A DNA stretch of 64,000 nucleotides from Euprymna scolopes (taxonomy: Eukaryota). The stretch's first letter is position 1. Each line of letters opens with the position of its first letter. The stretch lies in assembly GCA_053919585.1 (NCBI GenBank), contig CM132792.1. One strand, written 5' to 3'. Below, piece by piece: positions 12,205-26,260 of the stretch. The notes under the pieces are model-generated. The model worked only from the letters and a program-made list of their open reading frames with translations, was not told the origin of the DNA and ran no database searches. The translations under genes and the position numbers were made by a program.

Positions 12205-12608
12205 NNNNNNNNNNNNNNNNNNNNNNNNNNNNNNNNNNNNNNNNNNNNNNNNNNNNNNNNNNNNNNNNNNNNNNNNNNNNNNNNNNNNNNNNNNNNNNNN
12301 NNNNNNNNNNNNNNNNNNNNNNNNNNNNNNNNNNNNNNNNNNNNNNNNNNNNNNNNNNNNNNNNNNNNNNNNNNNNNNNNNNNNNNNNNNNNNNNNNNNN
12401 NNNNNNATTTATTCAAATAAAAAACAACNNNNNNNNNNNNNNNNNNNNNNNNNNNNNNNNNNNNNNNNNNNNNNNNNNNNNNNNNNNNNNNNNNNNNNNN
12501 NNNNNNNNNNNNNNNNNNNNNNNNNNNNNNNNNNNNNNNNNNNNNNNNNNNNNNNNNNNNNNNNNNNNNNNNNNNNNNNNNNNNNNNNNNNNNNNNNNNN
12601 NNNNNNNN
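12205..12608. other. N gaps 12205-12406 and 12429-12608 (others: 13632-13779, 19721-19865, 31938-32102, 33824-33952, 36205-36342, 46039-46189)
   Basis: Runs of n in the sequence. Confidence 0.99.
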
Positions 12609-12719
12609 CCTGTTATTGAAAATTTATTCAAACTTTCCAAAACAAACAAAAACCTTACAACCCTGTAAAGAAGGTGTACACATTTTTAATTATTCGACAA
12701 GGAGTACAAATAAACAAGA

Positions 12720-12772
12720 AAACTCTTATTCCTTGGAGTTTCGAAGAATGCAATTCTTCTCATCAAAGGGCA
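12720..12772 (-). ncRNA. Degenerate hammerhead motif, Penelope pLTR-like
   Basis: Minus strand reads TTGATGA-GAAGAAT-TGC-ATTCTTC-GAAA-CTCCAAGGAA-TA; related to 50850-50915. Confidence 0.55.
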
Positions 12773-13779
12773 TAAGTTTGCAAAATATATAATAAATTGT
12801 GCAGGTTAATACATTAAAGGAAACAAACAATATGAAATTAATCATATTTGCATAAAAAAGTTATTTAACAGTTACAGGTAATTTATATGGATTCAATGAG
12901 AAAAAGAAAGCAATAAACAAGAAAAAGGGATAAAAAGGATATGATAAAAATCCAATGAGAAAGACGGTAAAATCCAGAACAGGAAAAATCCGAAATGGGT
13001 CAGTTGAAAAATCCATTGGTAATCCATAAGAAAACAGAATAATAAATAAAACCATCAGATCATAAAGAAGTGAAGATTCATTTTTTCATATAAAACTTTT
13101 TTTTTTAATAACGGATAAGGCAAATGTAATGCATTAAAATGGAGATTCTAAATGAAAATGAGAAATGGTGGTAAGAGAAAGATAGGAAAAATGAAAAATA
13201 AAAAGAGATAAGAACAGAGGAGAGGAAGATAGAAGATAGAATATTAAGAAGACAAAAGGAGAGGAGAGAAACAAAGATATACATAATTGGGGAAAAAGCG
13301 GGAAATGGGGTATATAGAGAATCATCTTACTAAATCTATTCTTAGAACAAATAAATATAGGTCAGTTAAGGTCAGTTTGACTCAGACAGGAACATAATCC
13401 AGACTTATTTATTTTGAATTTTGGAAGAAGTAAAGTTGGTAAGTGGATTACAGTTCGTTTAATAAATTAATGCATGATTATAATTATAATTGTATGCATA
13501 CACATATATGCATATATAAATGCATAACTGCATATACACACACATATATAAAAATACAGAATAAAAATAATATATATTATTTCCACTATCAAACAACGTC
13601 GGATCGGCCCATTATGTGAAAATAATTATATNNNNNNNNNNNNNNNNNNNNNNNNNNNNNNNNNNNNNNNNNNNNNNNNNNNNNNNNNNNNNNNNNNNNN
13701 NNNNNNNNNNNNNNNNNNNNNNNNNNNNNNNNNNNNNNNNNNNNNNNNNNNNNNNNNNNNNNNNNNNNNNNNNNNNNNN

Positions 13780-14175
13780 TCGGGAATCGGAACGTTTTGG
13801 GGTATCGGAGTCGATATTGGAATTTGGAAAATATATTTTCCGATGCCAAAACGATTCCTCTAATTATTTTTTATTTGATTTCTTTTTTAACAAAATCTTC
13901 CAGTAAAATAATACAATTTATTATTGATTTTAAACTACCAGTAATGCTTAAATCTATAGATTACTCCCACAAGTGTATTTTTACACTTGAGAAAATATAT
14001 GCATTTATATCATATGTTTTTACAGTAACCAGGGGGAAAATAACAACTTTATGGTTGAATATTTAGAGATTTATAAAAAATCGGAATAGGAGTCAGTAAT
14101 TGTATCGGAATCGGGAGTTTATTACGGAATCGATAATTGCTTTGGAAGCAGAAAAATATTGCAATCATCCCATCA

Positions 14176-14178
<3 letters not shown>
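13780..14178. mobile_element. hAT-like MITE end
   Basis: Multiple ATCGGAATC/GGAGTC subterminal repeats, ending in CCCATCACTA. Confidence 0.4.

Positions 14179-14260
<82 letters not shown>
14179..14260. repeat. (TA)n microsatellite (one of about 18 in the window; (CA)n at 37098-37163 and (GA)n near 37428, 51340, 57305 also present)
   Basis: Direct reading. Confidence 0.98.
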
Positions 14261-14263
<3 letters not shown>

Positions 14264-14323
14264 ACTACTCATAAAAATCGATTTAGACTATATGAAAGAA
14301 TTTCGTTTATATAATTACATCCC

Positions 14324-14371
<48 letters not shown>

Positions 14372-14375
<4 letters not shown>

Positions 14376-14510
14376 ATCCACATACAGTACTGTTTCGCTG
14401 TTTTCACAGCTCATCAGTGCGGCTAGACAGGCAACTACCTCCAGCCAGGATTGAAATCCGACCGCCTGTACGACAGTCAAGGCTCCTTACAATTACGCTA
14501 TCAGCGGCTG
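14372..14510 (-). mobile_element. Family A tRNA-head + hammerhead element, copy 1 (intact core)
   Basis: Minus strand: A box-like TAGCGTAATTG and B box-like GGATTTCAATCC, then CCGCA-CTGATGA-GCTGT-GAAA-ACAGC-GAAA-CAGTACTG-TA-TGTGG, then (TA)n. Confidence 0.85.
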
Positions 14511-14639
14511 TTGTGTGAGTCGTGAGTTTAACGATGTTTTCACATTGTCCGAAATACCTAAGCTTGATTTGTTTACACAAAGAGCATCGCTTTATACGCT
14601 AATAGTAATTCGTATATCACTTCTCAATATGCTCGACCT

Positions 14640-15355
14640 TTTGTTTTACATGGGGATCACCACTTATCAAGGCCCGTAAGCCACTCGGGGATAAGGGTTA
14701 TTTTGTGTACAATAATCAATGGGATAATATCGTAGTAATAATTGGTATTGGAGATTTGATAAAGCGTCTTACTTAAGGGGGCGATTAATCAGGAATTTGT
14801 TTATGTTGGACTTGAAGACGTCCAAGTTGTAGTCAGGTGGGAAACAAACAAAGGGAAGAGAATTCCACAGGCGTGCACTTCATGGAATCTACGTTTTGAT
14901 TTAGGCACAGATAAAGAGTGGGGGGAATTACTGACAGTGGTTGTAGCTAGACGGGTGTTTATCATGAAGGATTCGCGAGGGGGGACCAGAAATTGGAGCT
15001 CGGACGAGCACTTGCCATGGAAATAACGATAAAACAAAGACAGGCTCGCAACGTCTCTTCTGTGGGAGAGAGGTTGCAGGGGAGAGAAGAGAGCATCCCC
15101 CACTAAGCCACGAAGTCTATTTTGTACTTTGTCAAGGCAAGATAGGCTGTTTTTTGAAGCTCCAGCCCAGATGTGGCAGCAGTACTCCATCTTTGGACGT
15201 ACTTGGCTTTTATAGAGATAGAGAATTGCACCAGTAGTGAAATATCTTCTGGAGCGGTAGAAGGATCCTACCATTTTCCCAGCGGCCCGGGCAACAGACT
15301 TTATATACGTATTCCATTTCAGATCAGGAGTAAAGGTCAAACCCAAGAGCTTTTC
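14640..15355 (-). mobile_element. CR1/L2-group LINE 3' fragment
   Basis: ORF 14801-15346 contains LYKSQVRPKMEYCCHIWAGA..LSHRRDVASL; the 3' motif CCTTGATAAGTGGTGA is shared with the other copies. Confidence 0.85.
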
Positions 15356-15379
15356 AAAACATAACGAGGAGCATTATAG

Positions 15380-15457
<78 letters not shown>

Positions 15458-15866
15458 CTATATAAGTTACACAGATATCGGAGTGTTTCATTAAAATCTC
15501 TTTTGACCTCTTAAACGTTGACTTAGGAAAGAACTGAGAAACACTCATTATTTTCTTCTCCTCAAGTAACAACCTAACTATGTAATACGATATCTTTCTA
15601 ATAGTCTCTTGGTCATACCGGATTTTAGGACAAGAATTTATCTATCTGATGAAGTATCCAGCTTAGTCTTATACCAGAGGCAAGTCTGAGGACGTGCCCC
15701 ATTTCTGGTATATACTAGTGTGTAGCAATACTGAGGTGATCATATTTGGCTTTAAATACCTGTTTTTGAATAATTTGGCAGGGTTCACTAGTAGAGTGAA
15801 TTATCCTAATGTCAATTTAGCCTGACAAACACCTCTACACAGAGAGGCCTTAGATACTCAATGATA

Positions 15867-16765
15867 TTTTGTTTTTCTAGAGTGTCACTATTTATCAAGG
15901 CCCAAAGTCATTCGCTGATATGAGTTAAATTAATGCCAGGTGAACGGAGATAGATAGTGATGGCACATAATTAGATTATTTAAAGAGGCGGTCCAACAAG
16001 AATTTGTTTATATTAGAATTTAAAAGAACCATGTTGTATTCAGCTGTGACGTAGAAATGCGCTATTATGTTCCACAGATAAATAGTTCCAGAAAAACTTT
16101 GCTTATGGAAATAGGGAGAAAGACTAAAAGGAAAACTATTGACAATGGTTGTAGCTAGACGAATTACTGTGCATGTTTTACAGGGGAGACCATAGATTGA
16201 AGCTCAGTCGAGTACCTGCTATGTAAATAACGATAGAGTAGAGAAGGACTAGCACGCTCTCTTTTGAGAAAGTAGAGATAGTAGATTTCGAAGTCGATTT
16301 TGTATTCTGTCCACGAAGCAAAAAGGTAGACGTTCGGTTTCGTTTTTATAAACCCCTTAGAATGGTTGATATTCCGTATAATGGTGAACATTGGCACAAT
16401 GTGACAGATACGATTTGGTAGCGTTGATCATAGGGCCCTCTGCATGAGTCCGTAATAAACTTTAGGTTGGAGGATGGAACAATTGAGTTTTTTTTTTCAG
16501 AAATTGCGAGCACTTCCCCAAATATCCTAACATATTAAGGCATATTTTAATCTTATCTAAATAGAGGATTGCGTCAGGAGTGAGATAGAATGATCCAACC
16601 ATTTTCCAGCGACCTTGGCAACAGATTTGATGTAAGACTTCCATTTCAGATCTGAAGTGGAGGTCAGTCCTAGAAGTTTGTCAAGGCAGGGGGTTTCCTC
16701 AAGAGCTATTCATTTCAAGTGAGGATTAGAGCATTGGTGGTGAAAAAAAGCCTAGTTTTGGGTGC
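15867..16765 (-). mobile_element. CR1/L2-group LINE fragment, same family, more decayed
   Basis: KMVGSFY..DAILYL and SLLYRYLH..STELQ remnants; same 3' motif at 15888-15903. Confidence 0.75.
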
Positions 16766-17309
16766 ATTGTGTGCGTATTAGCGAAAGAGGTTAACAATAA
16801 ACAAGGACGGTTTCAAATTTTTTACTGTCAAAATATAAAAATGTCAAAGAAAAAAAAAATGACAAGACGCCAACGTGTAATAACTGAAATATGTCATTGA
16901 TATGTAATCAGCGATTAATATACAAAAACATTCAGGAACGGACAACATAATTATAAGTTGTTTTTTTTTTCTGCTGGCGACGAAGTATGAAGTTCTTCAC
17001 AAAATGAAAGACACAAAAAAAAAAAAAATACATGTAATGGAAAAATAAACACAGAGTAGGATATTTTATTCAATGGGAAACTAAAAAAAAAGAAAGAAAA
17101 ATCAACAACAACAACAAATAGAAGACGCATTGGGCATCAAAAATAACAAAAACAAACAAACAAACAAAACAAAAAAAAACGGAAAAAGAAAACGAATCAA
17201 CCTTTATTATAATGCCACAACGAACATTTAATGCTATGCCTTTCACGGTCTTCTCAACATTAAGAGCGCTCTTTTTTTTGTAGCAAAGTTTATGAAAACA
17301 CTTCATTTA

Positions 17310-17521
17310 CCAACTTACTCATAGTCCATCCATAGCCTTGAGTTACTGGAGAGACATAGGCCATCTACAACTTTGTAGATGCTTTTGTAGAGAGAATTTC
17401 CTTTTTCGGGGTGAGGGTGCTGGCCCCACGCATAGCCTTCCCGAATGGTCACCCATCTGGTACTGGCCAGACTCAACGTTGCTTAACTTCGGTAATCTGG
17501 CGAGACCCGGTGTATCAATAT
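17310..17521 (-). mobile_element. 5S rRNA-headed SINE (body type 1)
   Basis: Minus strand reads GATACACCGGGTCTCGCCAGATTACCGAAGTTAAGCAACGTTGAG..AGTACCAGATGGGTGACC, followed by non-5S sequence. Confidence 0.75.
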
Positions 17522-17769
17522 TATTGTGCCGTACAACTCACTCATAAGAACCAAACAAATATTGTTTGCCTTAAACTTTTATACCTAAACACTACAACCG
17601 TTTGTTTTTTTTTTGTCTGTTACAGCATGCGAGTATATTTTCTCCCATTTCATATCGAAACACGATTCTGTAGAGGAGAGTTAGTTATTTAACACAAACC
17701 TAATAAAATAATAAATACTTCAAAAGTATCTTTTGTTTTATTGCTCATCCTCCATAAACTGAACAATCG

Positions 17770-18620
17770 AAGAACAGGTACATAAATCAAAGAGCTATAC
17801 AATAACATCGCACCCGGCGGATAGCACTAGCCGACTCTATATAAAAATTAAAGCAGTGAGAAAAAGGACTGGTTATTATTGGACACTGAATGGACGACGT
17901 GATAAAAGAAGTAGAAAACAATATAACACAGTATAACTAGGGACGGATTACTGTCGGATATAGCATCGGTAAACAAAATGTCGAGATAAGCACGAGGTGA
18001 AGAAAGGCAAACGGAAACACATGGACATGGTTATTGAACAGAAAGATATAATCACTGCTGACACCTGCAAAAAAAAAACAAAAAAAACAAAAAAACAAAA
18101 AAAACAAAAACAAAAAAAAACAAACAAACAAAAAAATAAACACGATTAAAACAAGATTCTGAAAAGAGTATATGTAGATTCTGCAGATAAAGAGACGAAA
18201 CGGTAAACGACATAATTGGGGTTAAAAGTATTCTACTTGTAATTGTGCAAACGATCCCATTTAAAATATGTAGATTAATGTTTTAGGTACAATGATGGGA
18301 TATTAACTGGACAAATGTATCCACACAAGAAGACTGTGAGTTGTAATAGACAACAATATAGAAAGATCCAAATAGAAGATATTACCGTCTTAGTGGATCA
18401 GAGATGCAAGGTCAAAGAAGCATAAAATCTAAGAAAATACAAAAACTTTTCAGAGTACTAAATATGAGATATTTTAGAGATCATTTTTATAGAAGTTTCG
18501 TTTCGTTTTTGATAAAGAGAAATGAAAGTTTATTGTTGTGGATGTAGTTAGAGGAGTTATTGCTGTGAATGTTTTTAATGGAATACAAGCGATTAAAGAT
18601 CAGCTGGAAACCTGTCATAT
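17770..18620 (+). mobile_element. Highly degenerate R4/Dong fragment
   Basis: Remnants HPADSTSRLYI, TWTWL and RDETVNDII are colinear with the Dong C-terminal region. Confidence 0.55.
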
Positions 18621-19405
18621 ATACATATTAATCGAATATTTATTGACATCACCTATACAACAAAACGATTTTTGAAAGCAAATGTAAATATAACTATATT
18701 TTATATTATTGTTCTATAAGGCACCACTTCTGCCATATGTCTCCATAACGCCGCTACAGCTAGTATAATATTGTTTTAGAATTAATGACGAACATACAAA
18801 CAAAAATACTTCAAAACTCGGATTGTAGTGTCTTTACAAAGAGAAAAATAAAACAAACAAGTAAAAAAAAAAACCCTGATAATTGATTTTTATATTCTTT
18901 TAGGACAGCATAACTTTCTATTCGCCAGTTTAAATGCATGAATACTAACACACTTTCGAATTTTCAAGCACGTCAGTAGTTTGTAATCTTTAAAATCCAA
19001 ATAGGTTAAAATATGTTTGCCCACCCCTATCTACCTCTGCAACAAAGTACATTTTTTTGAAGTGGTACATGTCGGGTAGATAAATGTACATTTAATTTAA
19101 TATGCGGGAATAAACTATAGTGTTAGTTATGGAATGGACACAGGAATTATTTGAAAAATATTGATCCATAGTAATGTTTTCTAAATAATTTTTAGCGGCT
19201 TTTTGTTGGATGCTTTTCTGACGAATCATTGTTCTAAAAGATTTAAGATATGTTTTATTCGTGACATAAATGTTGAAACTATGAGTTTTAAATCTATGTG
19301 TAGGTTATTATAAGTATTTTACAGAACCAAAATGAAACTGTATACGTACAAATTATTCCATGCGGGCTTTATAATATTTATTTTTCTTAAAGTTATAATT
19401 AAATA

Positions 19406-20095
19406 CTAGCGGGATCTGGGGAAATTACACAGGGGACTCATATGTAATATATTGATGTTGGCATTCTGAAGATGTTCAGCGTAAATGGAGACGCTCTGAT
19501 ATTATTATAGCTTTTTTGCTAAAACTGCAAAAGTATTTATCTAAGCTATCAGGGACGCAAAGAACATTTAAATATAATATTTTAATTCTTGGCGATTTCA
19601 TATATATTAATATATTAGTAGAATTAATGTTATATCGATTTTTATATATTATAAAATTGCGATTTCAAAAATAAAAATATATCCATATGACTTGTGTGCA
19701 TCAGCTTGAATCGAAACCGANNNNNNNNNNNNNNNNNNNNNNNNNNNNNNNNNNNNNNNNNNNNNNNNNNNNNNNNNNNNNNNNNNNNNNNNNNNNNNNN
19801 NNNNNNNNNNNNNNNNNNNNNNNNNNNNNNNNNNNNNNNNNNNNNNNNNNNNNNNNNNNNNNNNNAATTGAAACCGAAACCAAAACTTATGAAGAATTCT
19901 TGGTAAAATTATTTATATAAAAAATAGAGGGCTTGAGTGTCATCAGATATAATTGAAACCGAAACCAAAACTTATGATGAATTCTTAGTAAAATTATTAC
20001 AAGAAATGGAAATATATAGCAATTAAACGACTCGGATGTAAGCGTGACACAGAAAATATATAAATAACACAGTCGCTATCGTAGTAACATATATA
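19406..20095 (-). mobile_element. Non-autonomous Helitron-like element
   Basis: CTAG terminus next to a hairpin, internal GAAACCGAAACCAAAACTTATGAAGAATTC repeats; homologous to 37875-38920. Confidence 0.65.
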
Positions 20096-23000
20096 TCAAA
20101 TCATACTTATATAGTTCGTACTAGTCTGTTACTAGACACATAATAGAAAGTAGTTATACATGTGAATATGTAAGTTTTTCGACTATACGCAACTTCAATA
20201 AACACGCATTGAATTACCTATATTTCTCTTAGTTTGTTTATCTCTCTGTTTGTCTGCCTGCCCGTTCCAGTTTTGCTCAAAAACTAGTGGGTTGATCTGG
20301 TTGTAGGACTTTACTAGGATAAGGTGCAGCGAACTAAGTATTATAGTATGTTTGATGCACCCATAGAGATTAATATGGATTAGTATTTAATGCAAAAATA
20401 GGCACAAATTTAACTATATTCACTCATCAATTTAAAACAGTGGTGTAGCAAGGCGAGGCGGGGGGTTGGGGTGGTCTACGCCAGGGGGGGGGTCGGCATT
20501 TTGAGAGGATAAAATAGAAAATACAAAAATAAATAAAAATAAATAAAAGCTAAAAAAAAAAAATCTCAAATTTTATATCAAAATGAGTTTTTAAGGTTGT
20601 AAAAAAAAAAAAAAAAAAAAAAACGAAACTTTTGAAGGTATCGGAATCGGAAAAATGTGTTCCTATTTTCTAATTAGGAAACCGATTCTTTTACATTTTT
20701 AACTTAATTTTTCATTATTGGTAAATAATTGATAAATATTTATTGTTTTTAAATTATCACTAAAACTAAAATGATAATAGCATCAAAATACGATGTAAAT
20801 TTATTTTACTTGTAAGACAAAAAAAATAATAAATCATTGATAATTAAATGGACACTGGAAATTAGCAACAGAAAATTACGTAATTTTGGAATTGTAGAAA
20901 CATTAAACAACTACTGAATAAAAATCGACTGAAACAGATTTTATGATCGTCCTATCGAGGGATATAATTTTAAATAGTAAGTAAGCGCTACACCTCAAAT
21001 ACTATTGAAATGGCTTTCTATTCGATAGTTTAAATACTGCCGAATTCCTTTAAAGTTTCGAACAGTCACGGAGTAATTGATTTTTTTCGAACTATTGACA
21101 AAATTTTATAATTGCTGACGTATTTATGAGTAAACCGAAATGTATTATAATGAATTAAATCTAGTAATAGGATTTTAATTTATTATTTTTTTATTAACAT
21201 AATAATAGTAAAAAAATAATATAAGAAAAGTGTCTTTTGAACACGCACCTTAGAAAAATCGAATTATTTGCTTTCAAACAAGAGTAAATATTTAAAAATA
21301 TGTATATTCTGTGAGAGGTACTTGAATCCTATTTAATCGTCTTCAAGAAGGATCTTAAAAATCTATCTTCGGTTAACATTGATTCCATAGATACTTAATT
21401 TTCATACCATGGCAAAATGAGTTCTCCAGTGTCTAATTTTCATAAATTAATTAAATTGAAATAAAAATATAAAAAGTTGATTTTTAATGTTTTTGATTCA
21501 TTTGGGATTTTATCTGTTTTTGTGTTGTTTTAATTAGATTGCGTTTTGTCCAGTGTCTTTTTGTTCGGTGTGTTTTTGCCCTATTCCCTAGCTAGCATTG
21601 GAAAAGTTTACAAGAAGTTATCAAAAAGTGTGCGTAGAAAAAAAACAAACCTTTGATAATTTCAAAGTCTTAGCTTCAGATGAATTGGACAGTAATGAAA
21701 TTAATGAATTCATAACTTTCGCATCTATATGCGACAACATGTGTTAGTGCATTTCTTCTTTGATTTTGGTTTTTATGTCTGTATTTGTTCAGATGAATTG
21801 GGCTTTAACAGAATTAGTAGATTCTAAACTTTTCACACTCATACGCGAAAACACGTTTCATCTTTGATTTCAGCTTTGTGTCTACTAAAACAAAATTTCT
21901 GAATAAGAGAAGACCGATTTAGATGGCAATATAAAGCAATAAAATGTCAGGCTATTAATAGAAATTATTTTGGTAAATAGTATTTTTGATTCCGTTCGAC
22001 AATTTAGTTTTTCGTTTTTTTTTTTCCAAAATGTGTGAAACAATGAAAAAAAAAAACATAAAAACAAATGTTATCTAGCAAGCTAAGTTATTTTTTGTTT
22101 TCTGTGTTTTGATTTATTTACAGTTTTTCACACTACTTTTATTCTTAACTAAAAAGACATTAAAATTGTTTTGTTTGTTATTCTGGAAGATTACATTATT
22201 TTTTTAGTTATTTCATTTCATTTCTTTTTGTATTATTTTTCATTTCGTTGTTTTGTTTTTGGTAATTATGCAGAGAAAGGACCACAAAATTCAACGTTTA
22301 CAGTATTTTTGTTTATGAAATTGCTATGTGAAACTACAGTCCTGTTTGTAAAACTACTATCCTATTTGAAAGCAAAAACGCTAAATTTTTTTTTAGGTAT
22401 TTCATTTCATTGTTTTGTTTGGTAATTATGCAGAGAAAGGACGATACAATTCAATTTTTAAGGTATCTTTTGTTTATGAAAATGTTATGGGGAACTACAG
22501 TCTAGTTGAAACGATAAACATTTCTTAGTTATTTCATTTCATTATTAACATATTCGCAACAAGTACAGAATAATTAAAAATTAAAACACGTTTATTATTA
22601 GTTGTTGTCATCAGCAGTCGAGTTGTTGCTGTAATGTTGTAGTTTTTTTTGCTAGGCTGTATAGTCGACTCTCTAAGTTCGTTTCGCTAAAATTTGTGTT
22701 CAGTTCCGGCCGCCATCTTTATTCAAGATTGCCAATTCCTTTTGTTAAATAAGGAAATACTTTGAAAATTATTTAGATATCATTTTAATTATTTTTTGGA
22801 GTTTGTTTTACAATACACAGAGATTCTAAAAAGTGTTAAAAATAAAATTTACAACAAATAAATGTTACCATTGCTTGTTACTTTCCGACCTGAATCATTT
22901 AGTGGTGTTTTAGAGTAGTTTTAAACGCTCTTTATTTCATATCAAATATTAACTGTTTACAAGTTGTAAGAATTCAAGATGGCCACAAATACCTCCTCTT

Positions 23001-23228
23001 CTGCGTGAGGAATATGAGAGGAACCTCGTTTTCAGATTTGTTTTCACGCACATTTTTGAAGACTGAAACGCGCAAAAATAGAAAATAAAAATATTCAACA
23101 GAATGGAAAAGTAATCACAAACAAATATATAACACTCCAAATAGAAAATAAAATGGAAGACTCGTTCCCCGTAAGTTTCCTTTTTTGAGGGGGGGGGGCG
23201 CGGTTAGTGACAGGTCTCCGTCTCTCTA

Positions 23229-23285
<57 letters not shown>

Positions 23286-23464
23286 ATAGGTATCCAAGAA
23301 AACTGTTTTTTTAGGGGGAAAACTCACTTTTTGTGGTACTAGTACGGAACAAAGCAAGAAGGTGCTTCTGCAGAGAAATACCGTGCTATTTTTTTAAAAC
23401 ACCATTTCTAATTTTTTCAGAGTATTTGCGTGAATTTTCAAAGGAAGTACCGTAATGAAGACAA

Positions 23465-24110
23465 TGAAGAATAGCGGTGCGGCATTCCGTAAAAAGCGAA
23501 AAACAAAAGAAGAGGAAACAGTAGAAATTAATCGAAAATACTTCTACAGCCAAAATGGCAGAAACAAAAGGCGAAAATCATGCTGGGACAGAAGATAAAG
23601 TTATTGCTAACGTTGAGATAGAAGATAAAGTTATTGCTAACGTTGAGAAGATAAAGTTATTGCTAACGTTTCGGAATTCGAAATTGCTGTATCAAAAACT
23701 GTCAATGATGATGATGATGTGCGTGAAGTTGAAGAATTGGAAAGACAATCACTAGTTGGCGCGGAAACATACACTGCAACCAATATTACAGATATTGGTC
23801 TATGGCCTGTTACAATTAACCATGAAATTCGCTCTATGCTTGTCCGGCAGGGATCTGCTGCTGTGCAGCACTTCGATCATCCATCCAAGGAAGTAGCGCG
23901 ACCAGGAACGAAAACAAAAGGCGACGTTAGAAAGTTAAAAAAAAAAAGAAGTTCTATCGAGTTTTGCGGAACGACGATAAAAGTTTGCGAACATAGATGG
24001 TGTATTCTCCTTCCAGAGAAGCCTTTTGCTTCTGCTACAGACGGGTTTCAACTGGTTTGTTGAGTTTTTTCTGCTATGGAATTTTATAAATTTGTGGAAA
24101 TTATTCCAAA
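23465..24110 (+). pseudogene. hAT-type transposase N-terminal fragment (TTF-type zinc-finger region)
   Basis: MKNSGAAFRKKRKTKEEE, TDIGLWP and a frameshifted RW-VYSPSREAFCFCY. Confidence 0.55.
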
Positions 24111-24119
24111 AGTATATGA

Positions 24120-24500
24120 GATGTTTGGATGTATATGTTGAGCAAAAAAAAAAAAGTGGTGGTAGGAAGGCAGGCTCGAACTCGTACCGCAAAGGAGGAA
24201 AAGAACGGGGTAAAACCTAACGTTTTTGCTGTTACGATCACCGCCAAACCAGAAGCGACATTTTTAAAAATTAAGGCTAGACAATCTAAAGGAGAGGATA
24301 ACTTTCAAAAAATATCGGCGAAAAAAATGACCCCCCCTGTAGAAAAGTGCCTAGTTGAAGGGGAAGATATTAATGTTTTTAGCCAATTTTTCGATATTTG
24401 TAGTATGAAAGCTCGAACTTTAAAACGATACTGATCTTGGTAAAATCCGTCGCCTCTATTGAAAGTTTAAGGCAGACATGCAAAGAGACATACATGTATA
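24120..24500 (-). mobile_element. Non-autonomous Helitron-like element, partial
   Basis: Colinear with 41820-42170. Confidence 0.65.
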
Positions 24501-24942
24501 CATTGGTAACTAAACATTTTCGACCCAAACTGAATACCCTTTATGTAAAATTTCAAATATTTAGACTAGAAATTGTCTGAGTAATTTGGAAGAGACCGCA
24601 GAGGTCAATTTTTTTTAAAATTTGACCCCTTAAAATTTATTGTTTTGGAATCAAATCAAGTTATTAAGTTAGATCCATGTCTAAGGAACCTATGTCTAAA
24701 ATTTCAAGTGTGTAGACCCAAAATTGTCGGAGGAGTTTGGTAGAGTTCTCAAAGGTCAAATCGTTGAACTTTGACCCCTTAATCGCCAAATTTCTGGCCA
24801 AAAACCGATCACATCGATTTTCCCAAATATCAGTACTCTATATATCAAATTTCGAGTCTGTAGGCTAAAAATTGATAGAGTTATTGCGTAGGGAAATGTA
24901 CACAGTCACACCCACACACACACACACACACAGACACGTTCA

Positions 24943-24992
<50 letters not shown>

Positions 24993-24997
<5 letters not shown>

Positions 24998-25115
24998 ATC
25001 CGCATATAGTACCAGCACAGTTTCGTTGTATCACAACTCATCAATGCGGCTAGACTACCACCTATCCTAAGCCAATGATTGAACCTAGAACCATCGCGTT
25101 GATAGCCGGCAGGTG
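24993..25115 (-). mobile_element. Family A tRNA-head + hammerhead element, copy 2
   Basis: Minus strand: GGTTCAATC B box, then CCGCA-TTGATGA-GTTGT-GAT-ACAAC-GAAA..TA-TGCGG; abuts (TA)n. Confidence 0.75.
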
Positions 25116-25449
25116 TATGTATGCGTGTTCTAGAATTATGAATCTCTTGAGCTTAAACTCTGATATTTTGACTGCAAAATATATATAGAAAGTAAACATT
25201 TCTTTATTTATACAAAAAGTATTCATTACATATGTGCATACATATTTTCTCAGAAAATATGCTTTCAGTTAATTTGCAGGCCCGAAGAAGATTGATTTCG
25301 AACGAGACAAGTATGCACATATGTAGCCAATAATATTTGTATGAAAAAAGAAAGTTATAATACTGCTCTACCTGTTATTGGGTACTATTTTATAGTTTTA
25401 TAAACACTGGAGTTTCATTCGATAAACATCTAGAAAAAAACAAAAATAC

Positions 25450-25485
<36 letters not shown>

Positions 25486-26260
25486 TAAGCTGACATCGAT
25501 ATAATGGAAACTCATTAAATTCAGTGATACGTATAACTGTCTCATAAATGATTTCATTGCTGTCATGTACAATGGTGTCAGATAAAACCGCGTTCGTTTT
25601 CTCAAGGGAAAGAGATCGACGCAAACAGGATGACATCCTGACATCCACCAACGTGTTGGGAGTCACGCTGTCTGCTTATATTACTTGTCTTACTCAGACC
25701 AGTTCTCTGGCCACCCTGAAAGACGGGAAAAACATAATGGAAAATTCGTTTGCAAACACCTTGTACACCAGCCATGATAAACCGCTGTTGCATATTTTAT
25801 GATATACAAACTATGTAACGTGTCGCATATATGTATGTTTTAAAACCGGCGGTGGTCAAATATTCTCGAACTTTTCACTTTCGAACTTTTTCATTTAGAA
25901 ATTCTCACTCGCAAACTTTTCATTTCTGAGCTTTTCAGTTACGAGCAGTTTTTACATGTATGCCAAGTAGAATATTTATCTATATGAAATTCAATATTTG
26001 TTTGTTTATTATAGAAATCGAGATATGTTTGTATTTATCAATTATCTCAAACTATTCAAAATATTAGGATTTTTACAAATAACTAAAACTCTATAAAATA
26101 ATTTGTCTAAAATAAAAAACAATAAAAATACAGAGCAATATTTGTGTATAAAAAATAGAATTTTTATGTGAAAAATTAAAAATGTAAATTTAAATTAACG
26201 TTTTGTTATTAAAAATTATATAGAGAAAATGTTTAGCTATAGAAATGAGATTATTTAAAA

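Noticed and set aside
12051-12668. ORFs spanning X runs, and IYIY/ERER/NNNN ORFs elsewhere
   Set aside because: Artefacts of N gaps and microsatellites.
22705-22722. YY1-like GCCGCCATCTT (also near 56057) and CTCF-like GCGCCCTCTTGTTGG near 36809
   Set aside because: Short motifs alone cannot establish a promoter or insulator.
25849-25950. ~15-bp GAACTTTTCA repeats suggesting a Mutator-like terminus (similar at 21490-21590)
   Set aside because: I could not identify a convincing matching opposite end or TSD.
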